A stretch of 64,000 nt of DNA from contig JAUFOQ010000006.1 of assembly GCA_040285855.1 (NCBI GenBank), positions 1,240,001 to 1,304,000 of the forward strand. The letters run 5' to 3'. Both the position numbers and the translations under genes were made by a program. Origin of the DNA: Eukaryota sp. GEM-RC1 (taxonomy: Eukaryota). The notes below the pieces were generated by a model, which did no database searches, was not told the origin of the DNA, and saw only the letters and a program-made list of their open reading frames with translations. Shown in pieces: positions 25,401 to 40,345 of this stretch (the stretch's first letter is position 1; each line of letters opens with the position of its first letter).

Positions 25401-28400
25401 AACGCAATCATTACTTTTGATCAAGGGCTAGCAATTTAATGGATCTACTTGTAAGTCTCACAATAGCAGATTAGACACAATCAATCAGGCAAACTCCCTT
25501 AAATGTGTCTCAGTCGATGCCCAAATTGATTCAGTCAATTATCACTAAGTATCAAGACCAACTGTACACTTAACCCTCCTAATTCAGCCTCGATTTTCAA
25601 CAGATAGAAATAGAATTGATAAACATGTGTAGATGCAAACATTGGTGTCCTATGAAGTGACAAAAGTAGTAATCCAGAAATGACGGTCCTTTTGGAGTGT
25701 GACACTGGTACAGTCTGATCAAATTAATTGGGATGGATACAGATTGTTTGCACTCGCACACTTACAGATGGAGGAATTTAAAACTGCATTACAGTTTCGC
25801 ACTTCTTCTCAGAATTTGTTTTAAAATAAATAATGTAAAATAAGAGTTTAAAACTCCACACTTACAGATGGAGGAATTTAAAACTGCATTACAGATTCGC
25901 ACTTCTTCTCAGAATTTGTTTAAAAGCAAATACAGTATACTCATTTGTTCTATTTAGGGAAGTTGTAAGAAACACGAATGAAAGACAACGCAATCATTAC
26001 TTTTGATCAAGGGCTAGCAATTTAATGGATCTACTTGTAAGTCTCATAATAGCAGATTAGACACAATCAATCAGGCAAACTCCCTTAAATGTGTCTCAGT
26101 CGATGCCCAAATTGATTCAGTCAATTATCACTAAGTATCAAGACCAACTGTACACTTAACCCTCCTAATTCAGCCTCGATTTTCAACAGATAGAAATAGA
26201 ATTGATAAACATGTGTAGATGCAAACATTGGTGTCCTATGAAGTGACTAAAGTAGTAATCCAGAAATGACGGTCCTTTTGGAGTGTGACACTGGTACAGT
26301 CTGATCAAATTAATTGGGATGGATACAGACTTACAGATGGAGGAATTTAAAACTCCATTACAGATTCGCACTTCTTCTCAGAATTTGTTTAAAAGCAAAT
26401 ACAGTATACTCATTTGTTCTATTTAGGGAAGTTGTAAGAAACACGAATGAAAGACAACGCAATCATTATTTTTGATCAAGGGCTAGCAATTTAATGGATC
26501 TACTTGTAAGTCTCATAATAGCAGATTAGACACAATCAATCAGGCAAACTCCCTTAAATGTGTCTCAGTCGATGCCCAAATTGATTCAGTCAATTATCAC
26601 TAAGTATCAAGACCAACTGTACACTTAACCCTCCTAATTCAGCCTCCATTTTCAACAGATAGAAATAGAATTGATAAACATGTGTAGATGCAAACATTGG
26701 TGTCCTATGAAGTGACAAAAGTAGTAATCCAGAAATGACGGTCCTTTTGGAGTGTGACACTGGTACAGTCTGATCAAATTAATTGGGGTGGATACAGATT
26801 GTTTGCACTCGCACACTTACAGATGGAGGAATTTAAAACTGCATTACAGTTTCGCACTTCTTCTCAGAATTTGTTTTAAAATAAATAATGTAAAATAAGA
26901 GTTTAAAACTCCATTACAGATTCGCACTTCTTCTCAGAATTTGTTTAAAAGCAAATACAGTATACTCATTTGTTCTATTTAGGGAAGTTGTAAGAAACAC
27001 GAATGAAAGACAACGCAATCATTACTTTTGATCAAGGGCTAGCAATTTAATGGATCTACTTGTAAGTCTCACAATAGCAGATTAGACACAATCAATCAGG
27101 CAAACTCCCTTAAATGTGTCTCAGTCGATGCCCAAATTGATTCAGTCAATTATCACTAAGTATCAAGACCAACTGTACACTTAACCCTCCTAATTCAGCC
27201 TCGATTTTCAACAGATAGAAATAGAATTGATAAACATGTGTAGATGCAAACATTGGTGTCCTATGAAGTGACAAAAGTAGTAATCCAGAAATGACGGTCC
27301 TTTTGGAGTGTGACACTGGTACAGTCTGATCAAATTAATTGGGATGGATACAGATTGTTTGTACTCGCACACTTACAGATGGAGGAATTTAAAACTGCAT
27401 TACAGTTTCGCACTTCTTCTCAGAATTTGTTTTAAAATAAATAATGTAAAATAAGAGTTTAAAACTCCATTACAGATTCGCACTTCTTCTCAGAATTTGT
27501 TTAAAAGCAAATACAGTATACTCATTTGTTCTATTTAGGGAAGTTGTAAGAAACACGAATGAAAGACAACGCAATCATTACTTTTGATCAAGGGCTAGCA
27601 ATTTAATGGATCTACTTGTAAGTCTCATAATAGCAGATTAGACACAATCAATCAGGCAAACTCTCTTAAATGTGTCTCAGTCGATGCCCAAATTGATTCA
27701 GTCAATTATCACTAAGTATCAAGACCAACTGTACACTTAACCCTCCTAATTCAGCCTCGATTTTCAACAGATAGAAATAGAATTGATAAACTTGTGTAGA
27801 TGCAAACATTGGTGTCCTATGAAGTGACAAAAGTAGTAATCCAGAAATGACGGTCCTTTTGGAGTGTGACACTGGTACAGTCTGATCAAATTAATTGGGA
27901 TGGATACAGATTGTTTGTACTCGCACACTTACAGATGGAGGAATTTAAAACTGCATTACAGTTTCGCACTTCTTCTCAGAATTTGTTTTAAAATAAATAA
28001 TGTAAAATAAGAGTTTAAAACTCCATTATAGATTCGCACTTCTTCTCAGAATTTGTTTAAAAGCAAATACAGTATACTCATTTGTTCTATTTAGGGAAGT
28101 TGTAAGAAACACGAATGAAAGACAACGCAATCATTACTTTTGATCAAGGGCTAGCAATTTAATGGATCTACTTGTAAGTCTCATAATAGCAGATTAGACA
28201 CAATCAATCAGGCAAACTCCCTTAAATGTGTCTCAGTCGATGCCCAAATTGATTCAGTCAATTATCACTAAGTATCAAGACCAACTGTACACTTAACCCT
28301 CCTAATTCAGCCTCGATTTTCAACAGATAGAAATAGAATTGATAAACATGTGTAGATGCAAACATTGGTGTCCTATGAAGTGACAGAAGTAGTAATCCAG

Positions 28401-31400
28401 AAATGACGGTCCTTTTGGAGTGTGACACTGGTACAGTCTGATCAAATTAATTGGGATGGATACAGATTGTTTGTACTCGCACACTTACAGATGGAGGAAT
28501 TTAAAACTGCATTACAGTTTCGCACTTCTTCTCAGAATTTGTTTTAAAATAAATAATGTTAAATAAGAGTTTAAAACTCCATTATAGATTCGCACTTCTT
28601 CTCAGAATTTGTTTAAAAGCAAATACAGTATACTCATTTGTTCTATTTAGGGAAGTTGTAAGAAACACGAATGAAAGACAACGCAATCATTATTTTTGAT
28701 CAAGGGCTAGCAATTTAATGGATCTACTTGTAAGTCTCATAATAGCAGATTAGACACAATCAATCAGGCAAACTCCCTTAAATGTGTCTCAGTCGATGCC
28801 CAAATTGATTCAGTCAATTATCACTAAGTATCAAGACCAACTGTACACTTAACCCTCCTAATTCAGCCTCGATTTTCAACAGATAGAAATAGAATTGATA
28901 AACATGTGTAGATGCAAACATTGGTGTCCTATGAAGTGACAAAAGTAGTAATCCAGAAATGACGGTCCTTTTGGAGTGTGACACTGGTACAGTCTGATCA
29001 AATTAATTGGGGTGGATACAGATTGTTTGCACTCGCACACTTACAGATGGAGGAATTTAAAACTGCATTACAGTTTCGCACTTCTTCTCAGAATTTGTTT
29101 TAAAATAAATAATGTAAAATAAGAGTTTAAAACTCCATTACAGATTCGCACTTCTTCTCAGAATTTGTTTAAAAGCAAATACAGTATACTCATTTGTTCT
29201 ATTTAGGGAAGTTGTAAGAAACACGAATGAAAGACAACGCAATCATTACTTTTGATCAAGGGCTAGCAATTTAATGGATCTACTTGTAAGTCTCACAATA
29301 GCAGATTAGACACAATCAATCAGGCAAACTCCCTTAAATGTGTCTCAGTCGATGCCCAAATTGATTCAGTCAATTATCACTAAGTATCAAGACCAACTGT
29401 ACACTTAACCCTCCTAATTCAGCCTCGATTTTCAACAGATAGAAATAGAATTGATAAACATGTGTAGATGCAAACATTGGTGTCCTATGAAGTGACAAAA
29501 GTAGTAATCCAGAAATGACGGTCCTTTTGGAGTGTGACACTGGTACAGTCTGATCAAATTAATTGGGATGGATACAGATTGTTTGTACTCGCACACTTAC
29601 AGATGGAGGAATTTAAAACTGCATTACAGTTTCGCACTTCTTCTCAGAATTTGTTTTAAAATAAATAATGTAAAATAAGAGTTTAAAACTCCATTACAGA
29701 TTCGCACTTCTTCTCAGAATTTGTTTAAAAGCAAATACAGTATACTCATTTGTTCTATTTAGGGAAGTTGTAAGAAACACGAATGAAAGACAACGCAATC
29801 ATTACTTTTGATCAAGGGCTAGCAATTTAATGGATCTACTTGTAAGTCTCATAATAGCAGATTAGACACAATCAATCAGGCAAACTCTCTTAAATGTGTC
29901 TCAGTCGATGCCCAAATTGATTCAGTCAATTATCACTAAGTATCAAGACCAACTGTACACTTAACCCTCCTAATTCAGCCTCGATTTTCAACAGATAGAA
30001 ATAGAATTGATAAACTTGTGTAGATGCAAACATTGGTGTCCTATGAAGTGACAAAAGTAGTAATCCAGAAATGACGGTCCTTTTGGAGTGTGACACTGGT
30101 ACAGTCTGATCAAATTAATTGGGATGGATACAGATTGTTTGTACTCGCACACTTACAGATGGAGGAATTTAAAACTGCATTACAGTTTCGCACTTCTTCT
30201 CAGAATTTGTTTTAAAATAAATAATGTAAAATAAGAGTTTAAAACTCCATTATAGATTCGCACTTCTTCTCAGAATTTGTTTAAAAGCAAATACAGTATA
30301 CTCATTTGTTCTATTTAGGGAAGTTGTAAGAAACACGAATGAAAGACAACGCAATCATTACTTTTGATCAAGGGCTAGCAATTTAATGGATCTACTTGTA
30401 AGTCTCATAATAGCAGATTAGACACAATCAATCAGGCAAACTCCCTTAAATGTGTCTCAGTCGATGCCCAAATTGATTCAGTCAATTATCACTAAGTATC
30501 AAGACCAACTGTACACTTAACCCTCCTAATTCAGCCTCGATTTTCAACAGATAGTAATAGAATTGATAAACATGTGTAGATGCAAACATTGGTGTCCTAT
30601 GAAGTGACAGAAGTAGTAATCCAGAAATGACGGTCCTTTTGGAGTGTGACACTGGTACAGTCTGATCAAATTAATTGGGATGGATACAGATTGTTTGTAC
30701 TCGCACACTTACAGATGGAGGAATTTAAAACTGCATTACAGTTTCGCACTTCTTCTCAGAATTTGTTTTAAAATAAATAATGTTAAATAAGAGTTTAAAA
30801 CTCCATTATAGATTCGCACTTCTTCTCAGAATTTGTTTAAAAGCAAATACAGTATACTCATTTGTTCTATTTAGGGAAGTTGTAAGAAACACGAATGAAA
30901 GACAACGCAATCATTATTTTTGATCAAGGGCTAGCAATTTAATGGATCTACTTGTAAGTCTCATAATAGCAGATTAGACACAATCAATCAGGCAAACTCC
31001 CTTAAATGTGTCTCAGTCGATGCCCAAATTGATTCAGTCAATTATCACTAAGTATCAAGACCAACTGTACACTTAACCCTCCTAATTCAGCCTCGATTTT
31101 CAACAGATAGAAATAGAATTGATAAACATGTGTAGATGCAAACATTGGTGTCCTATGAAGTGACAAAAGTAGTAATCCAGAAATGACGGTCCTTTTGGAG
31201 TGTGACACTGGTACAGTCTGATCAAATTAATTGGGATGGATACAGATTGTTTGTACTCGCACACTTACAGATGGAGAAATTTAAAACTGCATTACAGTTT
31301 CGCACTTCTTCTCAGAATTTGTTTTAAAATAAATAATGTAAAATAAGAGTTTAAAACTCCATTATAGATTCGCACTTCTTCTCAGAATTTGTTTAAAAGC

Positions 31401-34400
31401 AAATACAGTATACTCATTTGTTCTATTTAGGGAAGTTGTAAGAAACACGAATGAAAGACAACGCAATCATTATTTTTGATCAAGGGCTAGCAATTTAATG
31501 GATCTACTTGTAAGGCTCATAATAGCAGATTAGACACAATCAATCAGGCAAACTCCCTTAAATGTGTCTCAGTCGATGCCCAAATTGATTCAGTCAATTA
31601 TCACTAAGTATCAAGTCCAACTGTACACTTAACCCTCCTAATTCAGCCTCGATTTTCACCAGATAGAAATAGAATTGATACACTTACAGTCTGATCAAAT
31701 TAATTGGGATGGATACAGATTGTTTGTACTCGCACACTTACAGATGGAGGAATTTAAAAATGCATTACAGTTTCGCACTTCTTCTCAGAATTTGTTTTAA
31801 AATAAATAATGTAAAATAAGAGTTTAAAACTCCATTATAGATTCGCACTTCTTCTCAGAATTTGTTTAAAAGCAAATACAGTATACTCATTTGTTCTATT
31901 TAGGGAAGTTGTAAGAAACACGAATGAAAGACAACGCAATCATTACTTTTGATCAAGGGCTAGCAATTTAATGGATCTACTTGTAAGTCTCATAATAGCA
32001 GATTAGACACAATCAATCAGGCAAACTCCCTTAAATGTGTCTCAGTCGATGCCCAAATTGATTCAGTCAATTATCACTAAGTATCAAGTCCAACTGTACA
32101 CTTAACCCTCCTAATTCAGCCTCGATTTTCACCAGATAGAAATAGAATTGATAAACATGTGTAGATGCAAACATTGGTGTCCTATGAAGTGACAAAAGTA
32201 GTAATCCAGAACTGACGGTCCTTTTGGAGTGTGACACTGGTACAGTCTGATCAAATTAATTGGGATGGATACAGATTGTTTGTACTCGCACACTTACAGA
32301 TGGAGGAATTTAAAACTGCATTACAGTTTCGCACTTCTTCTCAGAATTTGTTTTAAAATAAATAATGTAAAATAAGAGTTTAAAACTCCATTATAGATTC
32401 GCACTTCTTCTCAGAATTTGTTTAAAAGCAAATACAGTATACTCATTTGTTCTATTTAGGGAAGTTGTAAGAAACACGAATGAAAGACAACGCAATCATT
32501 ACTTTTGATCAAGGGCTAGCAATTTAATGGATCTACTTGTAAGTCTCATAATAGCAGATTAGACACAATCAATCAGGCAAACTCCCTTAAATGTGTCTCA
32601 GTCGATGCCCAAATTGATTCAGTCAATTATCACTAAGTATCAAGACCAACTGCACACTTAACCCTCCTAATTCAGCCTCGATTTTCAACAGATAGAAATA
32701 GAATTGATACACTTACAGTCTGATCAAATTAATTGGGATGGATACAGATTGTTTGTACTCGCACACTTACAGATGGAGGAATTTAAAAATGCATTACAGT
32801 TTCGCACTTCTTCTCAGAATTTGTTTTATAATGTAAAATAAGAGTTTAAAACTGCATTACAGTTTCGCACTTCTTCTCAGAATTTGTTTTAAAATAAATA
32901 ATGTAAAATAAGAGTTTAAAACTCCATTACAGATTCGCACTTCTTCTCAGAATTTGTTTAAAAGCAAATACAGTATACTCATTTGTTCTATTTAGGGAAG
33001 TTGTAAACACGAATGAAAGACAACGCAATCATTACTTTTGATCAAGGGCCAGCAATTTAATGGATCTACTTGTAAGTCTCACAATAGCAGATTAGACACA
33101 ATCAATCAGGCAAACTCCCTTAAATGTGTCTCAGTCGATGCCCAAATTGATTCAGTCAATTATCACTAAGTATCAAGACCAACTGTACACTTAACCCTCC
33201 TAATTCAGCCTCGATTTTCAACAGATAGAAATAGAATTGATAAACATGTGTAGATGCAAACATTGGTGTCCTATGAAGTGACAAAAGTAGTAATCCAGAA
33301 ATGACGGTCCTTTTGGAGTGTGACACTGGTACAGTCTGATCAAATTAATTGGGATGGATACAGATTGTTTGTACACGCACACTTACAGATGGAGGAATTT
33401 AAAAATGCATTACAGTTTCGCACTTCTTCTCAGAATTTGTTTTAAAATAAATAATGTAAAATAAGAGTTTAAAACTGCATTACAGTTCTCAGAATTTGTT
33501 TTAAAATAAATAATGTAAAATAAGAGTTTAAAACTCCATTACAGATTCGCACTTCTTCTCAGAATTTGTTTAAAAGCAAATACAGTATACTCATTTGTTC
33601 TATTTAGGGAAGTTGTAAGAAACACGAATGAAAGACAACGCAATCATTACTTTTGATCAAGGGCTAGCAATTTAATGTATCTACTTGCAAGTCTCACAAT
33701 AGCAGATTAGACACAATCAATCAGGCAAACTCCCTTAAATGTGTCTCAGTCGATGCCCAAATTGATTCAGTCAATTATCACTAAGTATCAAGACCAACTG
33801 TACACTTAACCCTCCTAATTCAGCCTCGATTTTCAACAGATAGAAATAGAATTGATACACTTACAGTCTGATCAAATTAATTGGGATGGATACAGATTGT
33901 TTGTACTCGCACACTTACAGATGGAGGAATTTAAAAATGCATTACAGTTTCGCACTTCTTCTCAGAATTTGTTTTAAAATAAATAATGTAAAATAAGAGT
34001 TTAAAACTCCATTATAGATTCGCACTTCTTCTCAGAATTTGTTTAAAAGCAAATACAGTATACTCATTTGTTCTATTTAGGGAAGTTGTAAGAAACACGA
34101 ATGAAAGACAACGCAATCATTACTTTTGATCAAGGGCTAGCAATTTAATGGATCTACTTGTAAGTCTCATAATAGCAGATTAGACACAATCAATCAGGCA
34201 AACTCCCTTAAATGTGTCTCAGTCGATGCCCAAATTGATTCAGTCAATTATCACTAAGTATCAAGTCCAACTGTACACTTAACCCTCCTAATTCAGCCTC
34301 GATTTTCACCAGATAGAAATAGAATTGATAAACATGTGTAGATGCAAACATTGGTGTCCTATGAAGTGACAAAAGTAGTAATCCAGAACTGACGGTCCTT

Positions 34401-37400
34401 TTGGAGTGTGACACTGGTACAGTCTGATCAAATTAATTGGGATGGATACAGATTGTTTGTACTCGCACACTTACAGATGGAGGAATTTAAAACTGCATTA
34501 CAGTTTCGCACTTCTTCTCAGAATTTGTTTTAAAATAAATAATGTAAAATAAGAGTTTAAAACTCCATTATAGATTCGCACTTCTTCTCAGAATTTGTTT
34601 AAAAGCAAATACAGTATACTCATTTGTTCTATTTAGGAAGTTGTAAGAAACACGAATGAAAGACAACGCAATCATTACTTTTGATTAAGGGCTAGCAATT
34701 TAATGGATCTACTTGTAAGTCTCATAATAGCAGATTAGACACAATCAATCAGACAAACTCTTTTAAATGTGTCTCAGTCGATGCCCAAATTGATTCAGTC
34801 AATTATCACTAAGTATCAAGACCAACTGCACACTTAACCCTCCTAATTCAGCCTCGATTTTCAACAGATAGAAATAGAATTGATACATTTACAGTCTGAT
34901 CAAATTAATTGGGATGGATACAGATTGTTTGTACTCGCACACTTACAGATGGAGGAATTTAAAAATGCATTACAGTTTCGCACTTCTTCTCAGAATTTGT
35001 TTTAAAATAAATAATGTAAAATAAGAGTTTAAAACTCCATTATAGATTCGCACTTCTTCTCAGAATTTGTTTAAAAGCAAATACAGTATACTCATTTGTT
35101 CTATTTAGGGAAGTTGTAAGAAACACGAATGAAAGACAACGCAATCATTACTTTTGATCAAGGGCTAGCAATTTAATGGATCTACTTGTAAGTCTCATAA
35201 TAGCAGATTAGACACAATCAATCAGGCAAACTCCCTTAAATGTGTCTCAGTCGATGCCCAAATTGATTCAGTCAATTATCACTAATTATCAAGTCCAACT
35301 GTACACTTAACCCTCCTAATTCAGCCTCGATTTTCAACAGATAGAAATAGAATTGATAAACATGTGTAGATGCAAACATTGGTGTCCTATGAAGTGACAA
35401 AAGTAGTAATCCAGAAATGACGGTCCTTTTGGAGTGTGACATTGGTACAGTCTGATCAAATTAATTGGGATGGATACAGATTGTTTGCACTCGCACACTT
35501 ACAGATGGAGGAATTTAAAACTGCATTACAGTTTCGCACTTCTTCTCAGAATTTGTTTTAAAATAAATAATGTAAAATAAGAGTTTAAAACTCCATTACA
35601 GATTCGCACTTCTTCTCAGAATTTGTTTAAAAGCAAATACAGTATACTCATTTGTTCTATTTAGGGAAGTTGTAAGAAACACGAATGAAAGACAACGCAA
35701 TCATTACTTTTGATCAAGGGCTAGCAATTTAATGGATCTACTTGTAAGTCTCACAATAGCAGATTAGACACAATCAATCAGGCAAACTCCCTTAAATGTG
35801 TCTCAGTCGATGCCCAAATTGATTCAGTCAATTATCACTAAGTATCAAGACCAACTGTACACTTAACCCTCCTAATTCAGCCTCGATTTTCAACAGATAG
35901 AAATAGAATTGATAAACATGTGTAGATGCAAACATTGGTGTCCTATGAAGTGACAAAAGTAGTAATCCAGAAATGACGGTCCTTTTGGGGTGTGACACTG
36001 GTACAGTCTGATCAAATTAATTGGGGTGGATACAGATTGTTTGCACTCGCACACTTACAGATGGAGGAATTTAAAACTGCATTACAGTTTCGCACTTCTT
36101 CTCAGAATTTGTTTTAAAATAAATAATGTAAAATAAGAGTTTAAAACTCCATTACAGATTCGCACTTCTTCTCAGAATTTGTTTAAAAGCAAATACAGTA
36201 TACTCATTTGTTCTATTTAGGGAAGTTGTAAGAAACACGAATGAAAGACAACGCAATCATTACTTTTGATCAAGGGCTAGCAATTTAATGGATCTACTTG
36301 TAAGTCTCACAATAGCAGATTAGACACAATCAATCAGGCAAACTCCCTTAAATGTGTCTCAGTCGATGCCCAAATTGATTCAGTCAATTATCACTAAGTA
36401 TCAAGACCAACTGTACACTTAACCCTCCTAATTCAGCCTCGATTTTCAACAGATAGAAATAGAATTGATAAACATGTGTAGATGCAAACATTGGTGTCCT
36501 ATGAAGTGACAAAAGTAGTAATCCAGAAATGACGGTCCTTTTGGGGTGTGACACTGGTACAGTCTGATCAAATTAATTGGGGTGGATACAGATTGTTTGC
36601 ACTCGCACACTTACAGATGGAGGAATTTAAAACTGCATTACAGTTTCGCACTTCTTCTCAGAATTTGTTTTAAAATAAATAATGTAAAATAAGAGTTTAA
36701 AACTCCATTACAGATTCGCACTTCTTCTCAGAATTTGTTTAAAAGCAAATACAGTATACTCATTTGTTCTATTTAGGGAAGTTGTAAGAAACACGAATGA
36801 AAGACAACGCAATCATTACTTTTGATCAAGGGCTAGCAATTTAATGGATCTACTTGTAAGTCTCACAATAGCAGATTAGACACAATCAATCAGGCAAACT
36901 CCCTTAAATGTGTCTCAGTCGATGCCCAAATTGATTCAGTCAATTATCACTAAGTATCAAGACCAACTGTACACTTAACCCTCCTAATTCAGCCTTGATT
37001 TTCAACAGATAGAAATAGAATTGATAAACATGTGTAGATGCAAACATTGGTGTCCTATGAAGTGACAAAAGTAGTAATCCAGAAATGACGGTCCTTTTGG
37101 GGTGTGACACTGGTACAGTCTGATCAAATTAATTGGGGTGGATACAGATTGTTTGCACTCGCACACTTACAGATGGAGGAATTTAAAACTGCATTACAGT
37201 TTCGCACTTCTTCTCAGAATTTGTTTTAAAATAAATAATGTAAAATAAGAGTTTAAAACTCCATTACAGATTCGCACTTCTTCTCAGAATTTGTTTAAAA
37301 GCAAATACAGTATACTCATTTGTTCTATTTAGGGAAGTTGTAAGAAACACGAATGAAAGACAACGCAATCATTACTTTTGATCAAGGGCTAGCAATTTAA

Positions 37401-39329
37401 TGGATCTACTTGTAAGTCTCACAATAGCAGATTAGACACAATCAATCAGGCAAACTCCCTTAAATGTGTCTCAGTCGATGCCCAAATTGATTCAGTCAAT
37501 TATCACTAAGTATCAAGACCAACTGTACACTTAACCCTCCTAATTCAGCCTCGATTTTCAACAGATAGAAATAGAATTGATAAACATGTGTAGATGCAAA
37601 CATTGGTGTCCTATGAAGTGACAAAAGTAGTAATCCAGAAATGACGGTCCTTTTGGGGTGTGACACTGGTACAGTCTGATCAAATTAATTGGGGTGGATA
37701 CAGATTGTTTGCACTCGCACACTTACAGATGGAGGAATTTAAAACTGCATTACAGTTTCGCACTTCTTCTCAGAATTTGTTTTAAAATAAATAATGTAAA
37801 ATAAGAGTTTAAAACTCCATTACAGATTCGCACTTCTTCTCAGAATTTGTTTAAAAGCAAATACAGTATACTCATTTGTTCTATTTAGGGAAGTTGTAAG
37901 AAACACGAATGAAAGACAACGCAATCATTACTTTTGATCAAGGGCTAGCAATTTAATGGATCTACTTGTAAGTCTCACAATAGCAGATTAGACACAATCA
38001 ATCAGGCAAACTCCCTTAAATGTGTCTCAGTCGATGCCCAAATTGATTCAGTCAATTATCACTAAGTATCAAGACCAACTGTACACTTAACCCTCCTAAT
38101 TCAGCCTTGATTTTCAACAGATAGAAATAGAATTGATAAACATGTGTAGATGCAAACATTGGTGTCCTATGAAGTGACAAAAGTAGTAATCCAGAAATGA
38201 CGGTCCTTTTGGAGTGTGACACTGGTACAGTCTGATCAAATTAATTGGGATGGATACAGATTGTTTGTACTCGCACACTTACAGATGGAGGAATTTAAAA
38301 CTGCATTACAGTTTCGCACTTCTTCTCAGAATTTGTTTTAAAATAAATAATGTAAAATAAGAGTTTAAAACTCCATTACAGATTCGCACTTCTTCTCAGA
38401 ATTTGTTTAAAAGCAAATACAGTATACTCATTTGTTCTATTTAGGGAAGTTGTAAGAAACACGAATGAAAGACAACGCAATCATTACTTTTGATCAAGGG
38501 CTAGCAATTTAATGGATCTACTTGTAAGTCTCACAATAGCAGATTAGACACAATCAATCAGGCAAACTCCCTTAAATGTGTCTCAGTCGATGCCCAAATT
38601 GATTCAGTCAATTATCACTAAGTATCAAGACCAACTGTACACTTAACCCTCCTAATTCAGCCTCGATTTTCAACAGATAGAAATAGAATTGATAAACATG
38701 TGTAGATGCAAACATTGGTGTCCTATGAAGTGACTAAAGTAGTAATCCAGAAATGACGGTCCTTTTGGAGTGTGACACTGGTACAGTCTGATCAAATTAA
38801 TTGGGATGGATACAGATTGTTTGTACTCGCACACTTACAGATGGAGGAATTTAAAACTGCATTACAGTTTCGCACTTCTTCTCAGAATTTGTTTTAAAAT
38901 AAATAATGTAAAATAAGAGTTTAAAACTCCATTACAGATTCGCACTTCTTCTCAGAATTTGTTTAAAAGCAAATACAGTATACTCATTTGTTCTATTTAG
39001 GGAAGTTGTAAGAAACACGAATGAAAGACAACGCAATCATTATTTTTGATCAAGGGCTAGCAATTTAATGGATCTACTTGTAAGTCTCATAATAGCAGAT
39101 TAGACGCAATCAATCAGGCAAACTCCCTTAAATGTGTCTCAGTCGATGCCCAAATTGATTCAGTCAATTATCACTAAGTATCAAGACCAACTGTACACTT
39201 AACCCTCCTAATTCAGCCTCGATTTTCAACAGATAGAAATAGAATTGATAAACATGTGTAGATGCAAACATTGGTGTCCTATGAAGTGACAAAAGTAGTA
39301 ATCCAGAAATGACGGTCATTTTGGAGTGT

Positions 39330-40080
39330 TTTTATTAAACTATTCAACGTGCTCTTGTGGAGCTAATGGTGTTTTTCGTCATTTAATTAATTGTCGTTAT
39401 TTTATTCATCTCCGTGCAGTAATTCATGATGGTGTACGTGATTCTTGTTATTCCATGTTTAAAGCACATGGTTTTCACTCTAAAGTTGAACCAGTTTTGA
39501 ATCATCTTTCAGAAAATGAATTTACTGATCAAAAACGAGGGGATCTACATACTCCGTGGCTTAAATCGAGTCAAGCATTAATGGATTTTACTACAGTAGA
39601 TGTATGTAACAAATCTTGTGTTAGTAGGATATTAGATTCTTCTTTTAATCCATTAACAGCAGCTGAAAAGCTCAAACACACCAAGTATGACTCTCAAGTA
39701 GAAGAATTAAATAGAAACTCATATTCCAAATTTGTGTTTCAACCTTTTGCTGTTTCTCTTTTTGGATCTATTAGTCCTGCTGGTGATCAATTTTTCAAGG
39801 ATTTCGAAGAATTGTGTAAAGAAAAGAAGCGTAAGTTTAGAATGGCTGAATGGAAAAACCGTATAGTGTTTTCCATATATCGGAATATGCCTTTCTATTT
39901 CTCTAGATTAATTGAGAAATTGTACAAGTTTGGTGTGAAGGTTCATGTAGATAAACGTAATCTTTTACCGGGTGGTGATGAAGTCGTTTGGATTTAATCT
40001 TAGTATTATTTGTTTGTTTTTACAATTTCATAGTTTGTAGAAAGGTTACCTTATTGGGTGCCGAATAAACATCTCTCTCT
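39330..40080 (+). mobile_element. Family A retrotransposon, 5'-truncated (0.75 kb), opposite orientation
   Basis: ORF 39326-39997 matches the C-terminus of 12258-13112. (TC)n tail. 11-bp TSD TTTTGGAGTGT (39319-39329, 40081-40091). Confidence 0.95.
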
Positions 40081-40345
40081 TTTTGGAGTGTGACACTGGT
40101 ACAGTCTGATCAAATTAATTGGGATGGATACAGATTGTTTGTACTCGCACACTTACAGATGGAGGAATTTAAAACTGCATTACAGTTTCGCACTTCTTCT
40201 CAGAATTTGTTTTAAAATAAATAATGTAAAATAAGAGTTTAAAACTCCATTACAGATTCGCACTTCTTCTCAGAATTTGTTTAAAAGCAAATACAGTATA
40301 CTCATTTGTTCTATTTAGGGAAGTTGTAAGAAACACGAATGAAAG

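Noticed and set aside
4063..26371. Cys/His-rich minus-strand ORFs at 4063, 20063 and 26183
   Set aside because: They are antisense readings of satellite monomers that open only in units with particular indels.
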